This document shows positions 47,572 to 50,096 of a stretch of 50,096 nt of DNA, in pieces (positions within the stretch are counted from its first letter, which is position 1; each line of letters begins with the position of its first letter). Location: contig JANRLD010000063.1 in NCBI GenBank assembly GCA_033762915.1, positions 1 to 50,096 of the forward strand. Reading direction: 5' to 3'. This stretch comes from Meiothermus sp. (GTDB lineage: Bacteria; Deinococcota; Deinococci; Deinococcales; Thermaceae). The position numbers were made by a program, and so were the translations under genes. Under the pieces are notes generated by a model, which saw only the letters and a list, made by a program, of their open reading frames with translations, was not told where the DNA came from and did not search any database.

Positions 47572-49212
47572 ATGCGATATGTACTTACTCGAGCCGTCCT
47601 TGCCCTCCTACTGGGGCTGCTCAGCGCTGGCGCTACGGCACCCCGCGGTATTGCCGGACCTACGGTGCCGGTGGAGGCGATCAACCGCGATCTGAATAGG
47701 GGAGTCTGCGGCACCGGCTTCCTGACTCACGACCTCGAGCACACCTCTCTGGGCCGCACCAGCCCGATCCGGGGATTTGACGGCAACGGCTCCGGGGTGG
47801 CGCTGGGCGACCTAAACGACGACGGGCTTATCGACATCGTGCTGGCCACGCAAGTCGGGGAGGCCAGCGTGTTGTGGAACCGGGGTGGCCTGCGATTCGA
47901 GCGCCAAGCCCTGCCCGCACACAACACCAAGGCGGTGGCGACTGTGGACGTCGATGGAGACGGCCGACTGGACATCGCCTTCACTCACAACGTGTTGTAC
48001 CCGAGCTATTGGCGCAACGAGAGCGGCAGGTTCGCTGAAACCCGCCTGAGCGGGGTGCGCTACCCGGCGTTCGCCTTCCTGTGGGACGACCTTTACGGCC
48101 TGGGACGCCTGGACCTGGTGACGGCCTCTTACGACCCCATCCTGGAAGCTGAAAACCGCGACGGGTTTTTGTTTAGCGACGGAGCAGGGGTGATTGTGCA
48201 CAGCCCCAGTCCCGACGGCTACATCGAGCGGCGGCTGTTTAAGAAGTCCTTCGCACTGGCGCTGGCCGCCTTTGATACCGACGCCGACGGACGGCGAGAC
48301 ATCATCGTGGGCAACGACTTCGACCTACCCGACATGGCCTGGCGGCAGTCGCCGGCCGGACAGTGGGTGAAGGCCCAGCCTTTCGTGCGGTTTAGCAAGC
48401 ACACCATGAGCTTCTCCGCCGCTGACATCAACAACGACGGCCTGCCCGAGCTTTTCTCAACCGACATGAAGCCCGACTTCCGCGACCTCAAGACCCTGGC
48501 CCAATGGGTGCCGCTGATGGAGCGGACATATAAGAAGGCCCGCTATAAGGCCCCGCAAAAAACCGAGAACTATCTACAGATGTGGCGCGGCCGGGGGTAC
48601 CAGAACATGGCCTACCAGCTAGGCCTGGATGCGACCGGCTGGAGCTGGTCGGCTAAGTTCGGCGACCTGGACAACGACGGCTATGAAGACCTTTATGTGG
48701 TTAACGGGATGACCGACATCGAGCAGTTCCCCTACCTAAAGGATGGAGAGCTGGTCGAAGCCAACCAGGTCTTCCGTAATCGCCAGGGGCGCTACTTTGA
48801 TCGCGTACCGGGCTGGAACCTGGGCTCCACGCGTAGCGCTCGAGGCATGAGCATGGCCGACCTGGATAACGACGGCGACCTAGACATCGTCGTCAACAAC
48901 CTGGGCTCCAAGGCTCAGCTCTTCGAGAACCGGCTATGCGGGAGCCCGGCTATTCAGGTCGAGCTGCGCTGGCAGGCGACCCAGAACACTAGGGCCATTG
49001 GCTCGCAGATCGTGCTGCGGGCCGGCGGCTCCCAGCAGTGGCGGCAGGTCACCTCCGTCAGCGGCTACATTTCCGGCGATGCACCCCGGGCTCACTTCGC
49101 CATGACGGGCCCACAAGGCCAGCTCGAGGTCACCTGGCCGGACGGCAAGCGCTCGGTGGTCGAGGCTAAGCCGAGTAAGCGCCTGATCCTGACCCGAAAG
49201 GACAGCCGATGA
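47572..49212 (+). CDS. CRTAC1-like FG-GAP repeat protein with ASPIC/UnbV domain
   Basis: Signal peptide, repeated DxDxDGxxD Ca-binding motifs, WSWSAKFGD, and C-terminal AIGS...GYISG...HF..WPDG. Confidence 0.85.
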   Translation: MRYVLTRAVLALLLGLLSAGATAPRGIAGPTVPVEAINRDLNRGVCGTGFLTHDLEHTSLGRTSPIRGFDGNGSGVALGDLNDDGLIDIVLATQVGEASVLWNRGGLRFERQALPAHNTKAVATVDVDGDGRLDIAFTHNVLYPSYWRNESGRFAETRLSGVRYPAFAFLWDDLYGLGRLDLVTASYDPILEAENRDGFLFSDGAGVIVHSPSPDGYIERRLFKKSFALALAAFDTDADGRRDIIVGNDFDLPDMAWRQSPAGQWVKAQPFVRFSKHTMSFSAADINNDGLPELFSTDMKPDFRDLKTLAQWVPLMERTYKKARYKAPQKTENYLQMWRGRGYQNMAYQLGLDATGWSWSAKFGDLDNDGYEDLYVVNGMTDIEQFPYLKDGELVEANQVFRNRQGRYFDRVPGWNLGSTRSARGMSMADLDNDGDLDIVVNNLGSKAQLFENRLCGSPAIQVELRWQATQNTRAIGSQIVLRAGGSQQWRQVTSVSGYISGDAPRAHFAMTGPQGQLEVTWPDGKRSVVEAKPSKRLILTRKDSR

Positions 49213-49946
49213 GCCCCCTGATGCCTGACCGGTTTAACCTACTTAAGCTGCTCAGTTTCCGCGCCCGCCGCGACCTGGCCCTGCTGATGATGGGCGTTGG
49301 GCTGGTGCTGGCGGGGGCCGTGGTCTACTGGGCCGGATTCCCGGTTTGGGGCGGAACCCTTACTTTCCTGGGGGTGATCGCGGTACCGGTGGGTCTGAAG
49401 TGGTGGGACGACTTCGAGCGGCTGGGCGTGGCGGCCTGCGTATTGAGCGCGCTGCTGATGCTACAGGGGTTCCATTTTCTCGAGCACGCCGTTCAGATGG
49501 TGCAGTTTTACTTGCTGGACCGCCCGCCGGTCTTCGCCCAGGGCCTGATCTCCTCGCTCAACATTGAGTGGGTACACGTGACCTGGAACCTCATCGTATG
49601 GATCCTGACGGTCTACCTACTGCGCCGGGGGATGAACGGCTTCTGGGGCTGGACCTTGTTGATTTGGACAACAGCGCACACCCTCGAGCACGTCTACCTG
49701 ATCGCCCGTTACCTGCAGATGGTGCAAGAGGTCAGGGCCCTCGGCCTGTCAGACTACGGTGTGATGCAGGCTCTTCCCGGCATCCTGGGACGCGACGGCC
49801 TACTGGCGGAGAACAACCTCTGCACCAGCGTCCCCGGCCTCACCACCCTCCCCAGGGTGGCCATCCACTTTATCTGGAACCTGGGCGAGACGCTGCTGCT
49901 GGTGCTTGCCGCGCAGTCCAGTTTATCCCGCCTGATTAGACGCTAA
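49209..49946 (+). CDS. Integral membrane protein with two HxxEH motifs
   Basis: QGFHFLEH, EWVH..WN, AHTLEH and IHFIWN. ATGA-coupled to the upstream gene. Confidence 0.75.
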   Translation: MSPLMPDRFNLLKLLSFRARRDLALLMMGVGLVLAGAVVYWAGFPVWGGTLTFLGVIAVPVGLKWWDDFERLGVAACVLSALLMLQGFHFLEHAVQMVQFYLLDRPPVFAQGLISSLNIEWVHVTWNLIVWILTVYLLRRGMNGFWGWTLLIWTTAHTLEHVYLIARYLQMVQEVRALGLSDYGVMQALPGILGRDGLLAENNLCTSVPGLTTLPRVAIHFIWNLGETLLLVLAAQSSLSRLIRR

Positions 49947-49956
49947 AGGAGTGTTC

Positions 49957-50096
49957 ATGCCCAAGATCACCTTCATCGGAGCAGGCAGCACGGTCTTCGC
50001 CAAGAACCTGATCGGTGACATACTGAGCTACCCGGAGCTGTCGGGTTCGGAACTGGTGCTCTACGACATCGACGCGGAGCGTCTGGGGACGTCGGA
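49957..50096 (+). CDS. melA: GH4 alpha-galactosidase (MelA-like), 5' part
   Basis: MPKITFIGAGSTVFAKNLIGDILSYPEL...LYDIDAERL with AAGGAG RBS. Truncated by the window end. Confidence 0.85.
   Translation, partial: MPKITFIGAGSTVFAKNLIGDILSYPELSGSELVLYDIDAERLGTS

Overview
GC-rich bacterial chromosome segment, almost certainly Deinococcota/Thermaceae (Meiothermus/Calidithermus-like). This rests on the Thermus-type pilMNOW cluster next to homoisocitrate dehydrogenase, many leaderless genes (TANNNT 6-8 nt before the start codon) and very frequent CTCGAG. Core genes are pilM-N-O-W(partial), hicd, tdk, tatD, ffh-rpsP-khpA-rimM, nfi and leuC/leuD with a Leu-rich leader-peptide attenuator. Accessory content includes two glycosyltransferases, a pfkB/deacetylase/MpaB-oxygenase/GNAT run, an HRDC protein, a cupredoxin lipoprotein, ArsR-SulP, an Ntn acylase, two GH43s, a Tat-exported MBL hydrolase and a sugar ABC operon leading into a GH4 alpha-galactosidase. 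The most notable observation is a signalling locus (32.3-39.8 kb). It holds two paralogous REC-GAF-GGDEF proteins with reciprocal degeneracy (intact receiver/dead cyclase versus dead receiver/intact cyclase), a membrane histidine kinase, a pseudo-receiver LuxR and twin cytoplasmic HtrA-like proteases. Also notable are two low-GC single-gene islands (an OLD-like ATPase-TOPRIM nuclease and a HEPN-like ORF), a ~780-bp non-coding region with many predicted stems, a CRTAC1/UnbV plus HxxEH membrane protein pair inside the sugar operon, a decayed toxin-antitoxin pair and several MITE/REP-like repeats. No rRNA, tRNA, CRISPR array, transposase, integrase or reverse transcriptase was seen. All family assignments are from motif recognition by eye, not database searches.
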